A DNA stretch of 59,827 bases, the filler included. It is 4 parts of 4 records of this genome, joined end to end, with 100 filler letters (N's around TTAATTAATTAA, not from the genome) between each part and the next. Parts side by side here need not be neighbours in the genome. Positions count along the whole stretch, not along the records: positions 1 to 15,489 come from SRR22947725_1795; positions 15,590 to 42,587 come from SRR22947725_1801; 2 more parts are not named here. One strand, given 5' to 3'. Below the pieces are notes generated by a model. It was not told where the DNA came from and searched no databases. It saw only the letters and a program-made list of their open reading frames with translations. A program made the translations under genes and the position numbers. Positions within the stretch are counted from its first letter, which is position 1. Every line of letters starts with the position of its first letter. Below are positions 9,443 through 18,900 of this stretch, in pieces.

Positions 9443-10506
9443 TGGATTATCTTTTTAAAATCAATCAATGCTTGATTTAAGTCATCAAGATCCACGAACT
9501 CATCCGGTTGATGAGCATTAGCGATATTGCCTGGGCCATACACAAGAGCTCGGTACCCTGCCTCGCTAAATAAAGAAGCTTCCGTCCAAAAATTTACAGG
9601 AGGAGATAAGGTCAAACCCAGCTCATCTGCAAATGATTCTGCCTCAGCGATATCTCCGGATGCTGGCAAAGCAGGGGCAACAAATCCAGCAGTAAATTTT
9701 GCATCACTCTGAGCTGTTTGAGTGTTTAATTCACTCAATAATTCATCAAAAGACTGACCAGGCAAAGGTCTCATACCAAACTTCACCTGCGCATGATCTG
9801 CAATGATGTTAGGCTTTATGCCGCCTTCAACTAGACCCAAATTAAAAGCAATGCCATGTAAATCTTTAAAAGATTTGGTGTTGTATGATTCGGCAACTTT
9901 CAAGGCTGCATCTGACCATCGAGTTAATTTGTGGATGGCATTATCAGTCAGAGCTCTTTGTTCTGAACTATGGCCTGCCAGACCAAAAAATTCCTGAGTA
10001 CCAGTCAAAATGCCTCTATGGCATGTTACGGCCTTATTTTGGGTTGGTTCTGCAACAATCACTCCCTCAAAAGCATGTTGAGTTTTAATATACTCCTTGA
10101 TGCAAGTGCTTTGACCTGCCTCTTCATCTGTGGAAAACAAGATTGCATAATTTTCCAAACCTTTTTCAACTAAAGTCAATAAACAAGCTGCGGCTCCCTT
10201 TATATCGCAGGCACCCAGCCCAATTGCTCTGCCGTCTTGGATCGTTAAATCATGAGGATTAGATTGCCAACCATCGCCTGCTGGAACTGTATCCAGATGC
10301 ACGTTGATGAGATATCTTGGTGAGCCTTTGGTAAGCATGATATTGATAGAGCCCTCTCCCAAATCTGATATCTGGGGGTCAATAAAGTCTAAAGAGTTTA
10401 AATATTCAATTAGCCCTGATTGGTTAATTTTTCTGGGAGGATTTGAGGTATCACATGCAACTAGAGCTTTGAGATGTTGAAGGGTTAGCTCTAGATCCGT
10501 ATTCAT
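9439..10506 (-). CDS. argE: Acetylornithine/acetylcitrulline deacetylase (M20)
   Basis: HLDTVP, GACDIKG, DEEAG, AEPT and AHQPDE metal-binding motifs. Confidence 0.92.
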   Translation of the reverse strand: MNTDLELTLQHLKALVACDTSNPPRKINQSGLIEYLNSLDFIDPQISDLGEGSINIMLTKGSPRYLINVHLDTVPAGDGWQSNPHDLTIQDGRAIGLGACDIKGAAACLLTLVEKGLENYAILFSTDEEAGQSTCIKEYIKTQHAFEGVIVAEPTQNKAVTCHRGILTGTQEFFGLAGHSSEQRALTDNAIHKLTRWSDAALKVAESYNTKSFKDLHGIAFNLGLVEGGIKPNIIADHAQVKFGMRPLPGQSFDELLSELNTQTAQSDAKFTAGFVAPALPASGDIAEAESFADELGLTLSPPVNFWTEASLFSEAGYRALVYGPGNIANAHQPDEFVDLDDLNQALIDFKKIIQ

Positions 10507-11699
10507 TTTTTCTTATGGATAGAAGCCCAGGTTGAAGTGCTTTGGCCAATCAGCTTAATAAATCCTTTTGATTCAGCCTCTGACCATGTGGCAGACTGAG
10601 CGTAAGCTCCTTCTGGGCTCTTGAGGATATTTTTTGATTTGACAGCAACTGCATCAACTCGTCCAGGAGTAAGTTTCAAGGTAACCTCTCCAGAAACAGT
10701 TTTTTGAGAATCAAGCAAGAATGCCTCTAAGTTTTCCCTTAAGGGCTCAAAGTAAAATCCTCGATAAACAAGATTTACCCATTCCTGTCCAACTTGAGAC
10801 TTCACAAAATTTTGCTTATCAGTCAAAACAGCCTCCTCTAAGGCTCTATGTGCTGACATCAAAATCATAATACCAGGCGCTTCAAAAACAAACCTGCCCT
10901 TTAACCCTATGATTGTATCGCTTGAAAAAACTGAGCGCCCTATTCCATAAGAGCCTCCAAGTATATTTAAAGATCTTAAAAAATCAGCTCCTTGCATTTT
11001 TTTATTATTAATAGAAATAACCTTTCCTTTAAGAAATTTTATTTTCAAAGTTTGGGGTTTCTTGGGATATTGATGAGGTAATTTGCACAGCACAAAACTT
11101 TCGCTTGAGGGCTCTTCCCACTCATCAATTTCACTTCCCGAGATTGTTGCTCCCATGAGATTTTCATTGATGCTATATTTTTTATGCAATGAAGAAACTT
11201 TAAAGCCTCTTTCTTGTAAATAGTCCTCTTCATAACCTCTAACATTTGTAGTGACATTTTGAATCTCTCGTATTGGAGTAATAATGTTGTAATTTCCATG
11301 AGCCCTAATGGATAGATCAAATCTAATTTGATCGTTACCCATGCCAGTGCAGCCATGAGCAATATCTTTTGTTTTTAATTTTTTACATAATTTAATTGAC
11401 TCTTTAACAATCAAATACCTGTCAGAGCAAAGCGCAGGATATTTATTTTGATAAAGAGCGCCAGATTGAATCAATGGAATTAAAATTTCAGACCACAAGC
11501 TCTTTTCAACATTTACGTTGATGTGTTTTTTTGCGCCTAATTCATTAGCTCTATTTGTGATAGCTTGTTCCTCTTTGGATGAGATGCCACCAGTATTTAC
11601 AAACAAAGTGTGAACTTCATAACCTTGGTCAATTAGGTATGGGATACAGAAACTTGTATCCAGACCGCCTGAAAATGCTAACACTACTTTTTTATTCAT
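10503..11699 (-). CDS. argG: Argininosuccinate synthase
   Basis: LAFSGGLDTS, AHGCTGMGNDQIRF, GLKGRFVFEAPG. Confidence 0.96.
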   Translation of the reverse strand: MNKKVVLAFSGGLDTSFCIPYLIDQGYEVHTLFVNTGGISSKEEQAITNRANELGAKKHINVNVEKSLWSEILIPLIQSGALYQNKYPALCSDRYLIVKESIKLCKKLKTKDIAHGCTGMGNDQIRFDLSIRAHGNYNIITPIREIQNVTTNVRGYEEDYLQERGFKVSSLHKKYSINENLMGATISGSEIDEWEEPSSESFVLCKLPHQYPKKPQTLKIKFLKGKVISINNKKMQGADFLRSLNILGGSYGIGRSVFSSDTIIGLKGRFVFEAPGIMILMSAHRALEEAVLTDKQNFVKSQVGQEWVNLVYRGFYFEPLRENLEAFLLDSQKTVSGEVTLKLTPGRVDAVAVKSKNILKSPEGAYAQSATWSEAESKGFIKLIGQSTSTWASIHKKK

Positions 11700-11709
11700 T
11701 TTTTAATAC

Positions 11710-12702
11710 CTATAAAATTTTACTGAGCATGGATTTTTGAACGTGCTTTCTATTTGCCGCTTCTTTTACTGCTATGCAATACTCAGCATCCATGACTGCA
11801 TCGGTGGCCTTTACATTTCTTCTCAATGGGAGGCAATGACTAAAAACAGCTTTGTTGGTGAGGGCCATCTTTGATTCATCAACGATAAAGTGCTTGAATT
11901 GATTGTTATAAGCTATTTGCTCATCTATTTTTCCATAGTGACTGAGACAACCCCAGCTTTTTGCATAGACAATATCTGCATTTAAATAAGCGCTATCGAT
12001 ATCATGGGAGATATCAAATGAAGCTCCTTCAGATGCACAATTCTCTTTAGCAGCTTGAAGGTATCTATCGTCTAAATGATAATCCTCAGAAGGACATAAC
12101 AATTTTACATTCATACCAAACTTGCTAGCTATCAAGATACTTGAATTAGCAACTGCGGTATTTAATGGTTTGGGATGATAGGTCCAAGTCAGAAGATATT
12201 CTTTGCCCTGAAGATCGCCGTAATGTTCCTGTAAAGTTAAGATATGAGCTAGTTCTTGGCATGGATGTTCAATTGTCTCCATGTTAACAACTGGGACAGA
12301 GGAATGCTTTGCGAAACTGTTAATGACTGAATCTGTTCTATCATGATTCCAGTCTTTGAACTGTGGAAATGCCCTTATAGCAATGCAATCACAATAAGAA
12401 GATAACACTTGCGCCACTTCTTTTACATGCTCTTCTGCATCTCCATCCATGACAATATTTTCTTGAAACTCAATGGGCCATGCATCCTTGCCAGGTTGCA
12501 AGATAACTGCTGTTCCTGAAAGCTCGCTTATTCCAACTTCAAAGCTAGTTTTAGTTCTAAGGGATGGATTAAAAAATAACATTGCAATTGATTTATCTTT
12601 TAAAAGTGGTTGATGAGGTGAATTTTTAAGCTCACTGGCAAAATCTATAATGTCCTGGAGTTCTGAACGAGACCAATGTTGTGTTGTAATAAAATTTTTC
12701 AT
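11710..12702 (-). CDS. argF: N-acetylornithine carbamoyltransferase (AOTCase, ArgF')
   Basis: FFNPSLRT, PGKDAWPIEF..MDGDAEEH, HPCQEL, TWTYHPKPLNTAVANS and HCLPLRRNVK match the Xanthomonas AOTCase pattern. Start is likely 12702 (or 12711). Confidence 0.93.
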   Translation of the reverse strand: MKNFITTQHWSRSELQDIIDFASELKNSPHQPLLKDKSIAMLFFNPSLRTKTSFEVGISELSGTAVILQPGKDAWPIEFQENIVMDGDAEEHVKEVAQVLSSYCDCIAIRAFPQFKDWNHDRTDSVINSFAKHSSVPVVNMETIEHPCQELAHILTLQEHYGDLQGKEYLLTWTYHPKPLNTAVANSSILIASKFGMNVKLLCPSEDYHLDDRYLQAAKENCASEGASFDISHDIDSAYLNADIVYAKSWGCLSHYGKIDEQIAYNNQFKHFIVDESKMALTNKAVFSHCLPLRRNVKATDAVMDAEYCIAVKEAANRKHVQKSMLSKIL

Positions 12703-12751
12703 GATGGGCATTAAAGTAACTTCATCGCGTGTGATTATAGGACATAAGAAC

Positions 12752-12776
12752 AAAAAAGGGAGCATAAAGCCCCCTT
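12752..12776 (-). terminator. Intrinsic terminator after the 12796-13068 gene
   Basis: Minus strand AAGGGGGC-TTTAT-GCTCCCTT-TTTT (one G-U pair). Confidence 0.7.
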
Positions 12777-12795
12777 ATATCAACAAAGCTTGTTT

Positions 12796-13068
12796 TTACT
12801 TAGTGCCAGAAATAAAACCAGAATTGGCTTTTATGGATCTAACTTTTTTGTACAAAGTGCATTTTTGAGACTTTGATTCAAATGTAAATCCAGCAACCTT
12901 GGACTTTGAAAGTGCTATTTTTGAACAACCGTCTACTGAGGAGTATTTTTTTGCAGTTTTAACTGCAAATATTTTTCCCTCTATTGAATAGCCTTCTTGG
13001 ATAGCAAGTTCAGCACTTGCAATTGACGGGAGTGCGATTAATGTTAATGCTAGTACTATATTTTTCAT
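12796..13068 (-). CDS. Small secreted protein with a reduced PAN/Apple-like domain
   Basis: Signal peptide ending ASA; GYSIEG..SVDGC..AGFTF..CTLYK..FISG pattern. Confidence 0.6.
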   Translation of the reverse strand: MKNIVLALTLIALPSIASAELAIQEGYSIEGKIFAVKTAKKYSSVDGCSKIALSKSKVAGFTFESKSQKCTLYKKVRSIKANSGFISGTK

Positions 13069-13115
13069 TATAAGTTTCCTTTATGTTGTGCATTTTATTT
13101 ATACACGTTAGTTAT

Positions 13116-13136
13116 AATGTTTACACTGTAAACATT
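13116..13136. promoter_or_regulatory. Perfect palindromic operator-like site
   Basis: AATGTTTACA-C-TGTAAACATT between divergent genes; extra half-site TGTTTACA at 13153-13160. Confidence 0.7.
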
Positions 13137-13263
13137 GATGCTCATCATAATATGTTTACAACAAAAATATTGAAACAATCATGTGAACTTATGCATATAA
13201 ATGCAATTACTATGCCAATTTACTCGCATTGCGAAAAACTCTAATTCAAAAGATAATATCTTA

Positions 13264-13614
13264 ATGACACTCAAGGAATTAATTGCCGAAGCCCACACTG
13301 TAGTTCCTAAAATTTCTTGTGAGAGTTTTAAGCAAAACTCTAACAATTATTTTGTCATAGATGTGCGAGAAGGAACTGAGATTGAGGAAACGGGCGCTAT
13401 TCCTAATGCTGTAAATATTCCTAGGGGTTTGATTGAAATGAAGCTCTCCCCTTCCAATGATAGCCAAGGCTTAAGCTCTGATACTCCGATTGTGGTTTAC
13501 TGCGGTGGAGGCAGCAGAGCGTCTCTTGCTGGCAGGACATTAATAGAGCTTGGATTTAAAAATGTCCAAAATCTTGAAGGCGGTTTCAGAGGCTGGAAAG
13601 AATTTTTAAATTAG
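13264..13614 (+). CDS. Single-domain rhodanese-like sulfurtransferase
   Basis: IDVRE, NIPRGLIE, VVYCGGGSRAS active-site loop, LEGGFRGW. ATG 13264 is preferred over 13201. Confidence 0.9.
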   Translation: MTLKELIAEAHTVVPKISCESFKQNSNNYFVIDVREGTEIEETGAIPNAVNIPRGLIEMKLSPSNDSQGLSSDTPIVVYCGGGSRASLAGRTLIELGFKNVQNLEGGFRGWKEFLN

Positions 13615-14603
13615 TCTAATTTTGGTAGCAATGAGGCTAAGTGTTCGTGAGCTGCATTCTTGTACTCAGGACTAGCACCGGCCATAACCTCACCTTTTTT
13701 TGCACAACTTTCATATGCAGCCCTCCTAAGTCTTGGATTAGAAAAATCCAACTCAGTATTTTCGGGGTCATATACCTTTTTTGTTTTAGCGTTAAGCTTT
13801 AACTTACAATCGGCCCAGCTATAGGCATCTGGAATGAGTCTGAGAGGTTGCGGACCATCGAATGAATGAAAAGAATTAGGGTATATCTCAATAAATGCAT
13901 TTCCTCCTTGAGAATTAATGTCTGCAACCAATTCCTTGCAGGGTTGAGGCGGAGTCCAGTTATCTTCTTCGCCAATATAAATTTGCATCAAATCTTTATC
14001 CCACTTATTTAAATCAGGTAATGCTAAACAGCCTGGATACCACATAAGATAGCCTGAATACGATGCGCCGCTTTTATTTAAAGAATTTTGAAGAGGCAGC
14101 CAGCTATTAAACAATGTTGCAGTTCCGCCTAGGCTCCAGCCTGCGGCATAAATTTTTTGATTATCGATTCTAGGGTCATCCCACAATAAATTAAGGCTCA
14201 TTGCCATGTCATAGATCACAGTTTCGCTCGTAACATTTATTTGATTCCCAACTGTGCTATTCACCCCTCTTGAATCAAAAGGATGTATAGCAAAAACAAT
14301 AAAGCCAGCTTGCCGCATTTGCTCGAGATACTTTAAATGATGAGCTCTCCAGTTTGAGGAACCGTGAGATGCAACAATAGCTGGATATTTTTTTGCTAAA
14401 TCATAGTTTTCGGGGAAATGCAGAATTCCAAACACTTCCTTATCCTCTTGTGACTTCAAGCCCTCACCAAACAAGTTTTCAAAACCCAATATATTTTTAG
14501 AAATATATTCAACTCTCTCAGTTTGGTAGGTGGCTTCCTGTAGATCTGGTTGAGAGCAAGTAAAAAGGGTTAAGGAAACTAAAAAAATAGAAAAGAATCT
14601 CAT
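13611..14603 (-). CDS. Dienelactone-hydrolase-like alpha/beta hydrolase, lipoprotein
   Basis: LTLFTC lipobox; GWSLG nucleophile elbow, GEEDNWTP (Asp), HSFD (His). Its stop overlaps the rhodanese stop. Confidence 0.85.
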   Translation of the reverse strand: MRFFSIFLVSLTLFTCSQPDLQEATYQTERVEYISKNILGFENLFGEGLKSQEDKEVFGILHFPENYDLAKKYPAIVASHGSSNWRAHHLKYLEQMRQAGFIVFAIHPFDSRGVNSTVGNQINVTSETVIYDMAMSLNLLWDDPRIDNQKIYAAGWSLGGTATLFNSWLPLQNSLNKSGASYSGYLMWYPGCLALPDLNKWDKDLMQIYIGEEDNWTPPQPCKELVADINSQGGNAFIEIYPNSFHSFDGPQPLRLIPDAYSWADCKLKLNAKTKKVYDPENTELDFSNPRLRRAAYESCAKKGEVMAGASPEYKNAAHEHLASLLPKLD

Positions 14604-14617
14604 GGCATAATTTTAGC

Positions 14618-14644
14618 AAAAAAAAGAGGGCTTACGCCCTCTTT
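14618..14644 (-). terminator. Intrinsic terminator of the second TBDR gene
   Basis: AAAGAGGGC-4 nt-GCCCTCTTT with a long T tract on the minus strand. Confidence 0.88.
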
Positions 14645-14661
14645 AAATTTTCTGGTAGTTT

Positions 14662-15489
14662 TTACCAGTAATAACCTACTCTGACACCATACTGAGTTGG
14701 TGCTGAGAAAGCTCCACTAGGAACGCCTGCTTCAACTGCTCTCCAATATGAAATAACCTCATCGGTTACGTTATATGCAAAAGCTTGAGCATACCAAGAC
14801 GCATCACCAGAAGGCTTGTATGTAACTATTAAATCAACCATGGACCAGCTATTTCTTTGATCACCAAATACATCAGTGCTTTCATTGAAGTACCCAGGAA
14901 GATCTATGAAACCATATGCGCATCCATCAGCTGCTCCAAAATTTGTACAACCATAAGTACCATAACCGCCAGCATCATTAATATGTTTATCGGCATTCCA
15001 GATTGTAAGATAATCTTCTGCCTGCCAATGATAATTAATAGATGGAATTAATTGACCCATAGAGCCTAAATTAAATGTGTGCTCATATTTAATTGTAAGA
15101 GCTAAATTAGGTGAGTAAGGAGCTTCGTTGCCTTTCAAGTTGACATAGTTTTCTGGAACATTTGCTACAGAAGCATCGAATCCATTTCTGCCTAAATAGG
15201 CATCCTGACCATAATACCATTGAGTATTAAAATCCTCCGTGACTTCTGTATCCATAGTTGTAATCCAACCACTGACACGCCCACCTTCATATGGAAGATA
15301 GTCAAACTCAACCTCTAGACCCTTCATCTCTTGCTCGCCAAAGTTTTGCGTACCCCAGAAGGTAACCACTTGCTCTACTGGATCTAACTCACCAGTATCA
15401 ATGTTGTACTCAGTGGTGGCAACCACATCAAATGGAACGTTACCAGTGAACTGCTTGCCGTCATATACGGTGTGGAAGTAGTTAGCTGA
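14662..15489 (-). CDS. TonB-dependent receptor, C-terminal part (5' cut by contig end)
   Basis: KGLEVE, GNEAPYSP, YNVTDE and terminal YGVRVGYYW beta-barrel signature. Confidence 0.88.
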   Translation of the reverse strand, partial: SANYFHTVYDGKQFTGNVPFDVVATTEYNIDTGELDPVEQVVTFWGTQNFGEQEMKGLEVEFDYLPYEGGRVSGWITTMDTEVTEDFNTQWYYGQDAYLGRNGFDASVANVPENYVNLKGNEAPYSPNLALTIKYEHTFNLGSMGQLIPSINYHWQAEDYLTIWNADKHINDAGGYGTYGCTNFGAADGCAYGFIDLPGYFNESTDVFGDQRNSWSMVDLIVTYKPSGDASWYAQAFAYNVTDEVISYWRAVEAGVPSGAFSAPTQYGVRVGYYW

Positions 15490-15589
15490 NNNNNNNNNNN
15501 NNNNNNNNNNNNNNNNNNNNNNNNNNNNNNNNNTTAATTAATTAANNNNNNNNNNNNNNNNNNNNNNNNNNNNNNNNNNNNNNNNNNNN
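15490..15589. other. Artificial contig spacer
   Basis: 44 N + TTAATTAATTAA (15534-15545, stops in all six frames) + 44 N; base composition changes abruptly across it. Confidence 0.98.
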
Positions 15590-15709
15590 TTATCTGCTGT
15601 CTTCGTGCTGGATCGGCGATAGAGATGTATTGAGATGCACGTCCGTGATGGCGCGACGCGCGCTCGCCCTTGTCTCACCGCCCTGTTCGCTCACTTGCTC
15701 GCCGTGCAG

Positions 15710-15961
15710 ATCATTGTCGATTTCTCGGCCACGTGGTGCGGACCGTGCCGCATGATTGGTCCCGAGTTCGTGAAGCTTTCGAACGAATATGAGAACGTAG
15801 TGTTCTTGAAGGTCGACGTCGACCAAGTCGAGTCGGTCGCGGCCTCGTGTGGCATCTCCGCCATGCCCACCTTCCAGGTCTTCAAGGACGGAAACAAGGT
15901 GGACGAGCTTGTCGGTGCATCCAAAGAGAAACTGCTCGATCTTGTCAAGAAGTACAATTAA
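15710..15961 (+). CDS. Thioredoxin (h-type), last exon
   Basis: [15 protein letters not shown]. Preceded by an intron 3' end (CTCAC branch-like site, pyrimidine tract, GTGCAG at 15704-15709). Confidence 0.92.
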   Translation: MIVDFSATWCGPCRMIGPEFVKLSNEYENVVFLKVDVDQVESVAASCGISAMPTFQVFKDGNKVDELVGASKEKLLDLVKKYN

Positions 15962-15997
15962 CCAAAGTCTGTAATTGAGGATTGGTTGAACTGAGCA

Positions 15998-18900
15998 TTA
16001 AAGACTCCGCCAGAACTTATCAAAGACGGCGTTCTGCCCCTTGCGTTGGCTTTGCGAGAGGCCCTGCGCAAGATCGATTTCTTGCCGATATTCGGGGTCA
16101 GCATGCTCAGATTCCTCGACGATCACAGGAAAGGATGGACCCGTTCGACTCGGCGTCCGGCTGTGCGACGAGCCTCCTGTTCCGACCATCCCGTTCACCT
16201 GATCGGGCGCGGCGTAGTCTCCACTGGGGTGAATCCCATTGCCGTTGTTCGAAACAGGGCTCCCGTTCGGCCCAATAAAGTAGGGCCCGCTCACGTCGCT
16301 GGCTCCGCTGTAGGTGATGCTTGCCTCGCGCTTTGACCGCCTCCTCTTGCTCTTGCTTTTCTTAGGAGACGGCGCGCCGAGGGCGCATGCCGGGCACACA
16401 ACCTCCGCCCAGGCGTGTATTATGATGAGAACCCTATTGATCAGGTAGGCAAGAAGCCCGAGACCCTGGATGCTGATGAGCACGATGCAGAACGTGTCCA
16501 TGGTGCTGAAGCTTTCAGGGCCGACGAACGTAAGACCCAGCAGGATGCCAAAGATGGTGATGTCCAGCACGCATATGAAGTACTCGAGTGCCATCTCGTC
16601 CCTTCTCGACAGAGGGACCGAGAAGCGCAAGAAGCACAGATACAGGACGGCCACCCCCAGGCACGACCCAGCCTGGGCTGCCGGCCAGCTGCCCAGACCG
16701 CCAATAAGCAGCCCGTATATGCACATTCTGGCCAGAGAGATGATTGTTCCGTACGCTTGATAGTTAGATCTCCGCACGTTGCTCCCGCAGCACCTATAGA
16801 GGGGCTTCTCCTCGATGCTCACAACCTTTTTCCGGGACGAGGACCGCCTAGGCTTCATCCCGGACTCTGATATCGTATTAGCCCCGCTTTGAGAAGACGT
16901 GTCGGACACAATCGAGCCGGTTCGCCGTAAGGAACCATTCATACTCGGACTCGACGTATCCACCTTCTTCCTCTGGAAGAGAGGTCCGCGGCAGTCCTCA
17001 AACAGGGGTCCCCATCTGAAGACAAACTCGTTCTTCTTGGATGGGTCGGTCGGCCTCCACTTGCCGCGGTTTAGACTCATACCCATCCATGTGGCAACGA
17101 CTCGCTTGTCCCACTTGTTGATTTCGGCCTCATCTGTGTTGGCCCTGCTGCTCAGCAGGTACACGGCCTTCCGCTTCCTGTACACGGCAGCAGCGACGCC
17201 GATGAACGCCGCAATCAGGAACAATATGGGATAGAACAACACAACGAGGATGCCGACGAGGACTGGTCCAAGACCCCCACCGCCGGAGAAGAGCTGGGCC
17301 CCGGCGAAGGAGAATCCAGTCAGCGAGACCAGTAGGACCATCAGGGCAATCCTTGGCATGTACAAAACTCCTGGCAGCTCTCCCTCGCAGCACTTGACGA
17401 ACAGATAAGAAACGCAGTTGATGATGAGACCGGCCCCCAGTAGGACGCCGAACCAGAAAGCGGCTCGCTCGATGCGGTCGTAGTAGTTGGTCGACTCAGT
17501 CTTCGTGTCGGCAGCCACCTGCACAAGGTACTGGGCTCTGTCTCCCGCGTCCTGGCCGGATATTACGACAACATTTTGTGTCGTCACATTGGATCGGGGA
17601 TCGCTGAAGGACACAGCCCGGAGGCGCACGTCATCCTGGGTGATCTGCTGGGTCACAGCACTGGTCGGCGGCGAATCCTGCAACAATACCCTGAAAGCTT
17701 TTGACTTCGACAAGAGCTTTCGGTTCTTCGGCGTATTGAAGATGTCCTGAAGTGCATTGTTTCCGGGAAGTGTGTTCTTGTCACCACCATTGTTGTTGTT
17801 GTTGTTGTTGTTGCCGCCTCCATTCTGGTTCTTGTTGTCTTTGTCCTTGTTGCCGTTATTGTTGTCGTTCTTGTTATCTTTGTCCTTATTGCCATTCTGA
17901 TTGGCGCCACCGATGCCGCCAGCGTTGATTTGCTCGACAGTAATAGACGGAATGCCGTTCCTATTTGCAGTGCCAGACACGCAGCATGTCCTGTCTCCAA
18001 GCTTCTGCCATCCCGATGACCCCTTCAGATAGCACTTGTTATCGACGAACGAAAACGTCCACACAAAGCACTTGGGATCGGACAGGCAGGCATTGCAACA
18101 CTGCTGAGGATCCGGTGCAGATATTCCTCCGTTGTTCAGGTCGCCGCCAAAAAAGTCCGTATTTTTCAGAACACTGCAGCTGTCCTGTCCCGGAGTCACA
18201 GCCACCTGTTCTGCCGGCGGTTCGGCGGGCACGGCGATGGGCGGCGTGACGATCGCCGGAGGTGCGACCGGAGTCTGAACGATTGGCTGGGGCGAAACGG
18301 TCTGCGGCTGGGCGGGAGAATCCTGGGAGGACGGGGACGATGGAACGGCAACGGGAACGGGAACGGGAACGGGAACGGCAATTGGGGGCGGCGGTGCTGC
18401 TAGACGGGTGTCAGTCGTGAACCCGGAGAAGCTCAGGTCCTTCGCACTGAGAAACACGACAGCCCCTTCCTGGAACAGCATTTTGTTCCCTTCAGTAATG
18501 TTTGAGGGAATGCCCTCCGTCTCAGATCCCCAGTTCCATGGAAGTGGAGCCTGAAAGTTGGCCCAGGCAAATACGTCGGTCATCGTCTTGTAATTGGCCG
18601 GCATCACCTCCGTGGATATCATGCCCGACAGGTAGAACCTCTGTGCCCACAAGATGAACCCTAGTGCAGCGTACCCGAGGGATCCGGCCGTGGACCACGG
18701 CTGCACACTTGAGACAACGAACGAGGTGAACCACGAGGAGAGGATAATCCCCGCGAAAACCGCCGTCAATACGATGGCCGCCTGTTTGTACCCACCATCC
18801 CCAGGTTTGTACTGGACTGAGAGTTCAGCTGCGCTGTTCGGGAAGCCAGAATCGTACGTGGTCACGGCCGCCTTGACTGTCACGGTGATGGTCGCGTCGC

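Noticed and set aside
12703-12765. N-terminal extension of ArgF' in the ORF track
   Set aside because: The ATG at 12765 lies inside the upstream terminator hairpin, and similarity to AOTCase starts at MKNF. Extensions at 13201, 19828, 20004, 22934 and 56067 were trimmed for similar reasons.
15534-15545. TTAATTAATTAA recurring three times as a biological repeat
   Set aside because: It is always centred in N44 flanks: a synthetic six-frame stop linker.
12796-18190. PAN-like domains in both the bacterial small protein and the algal membrane protein, suggesting transfer
   Set aside because: Different contigs, very different composition, and only fold-level pattern similarity; coincidence.
17790-18378. 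Short tandem repeats as a possible CRISPR or satellite
   Set aside because: They encode poly-Asn and (VP)n within a CDS; no repeat-spacer structure and no cas genes.
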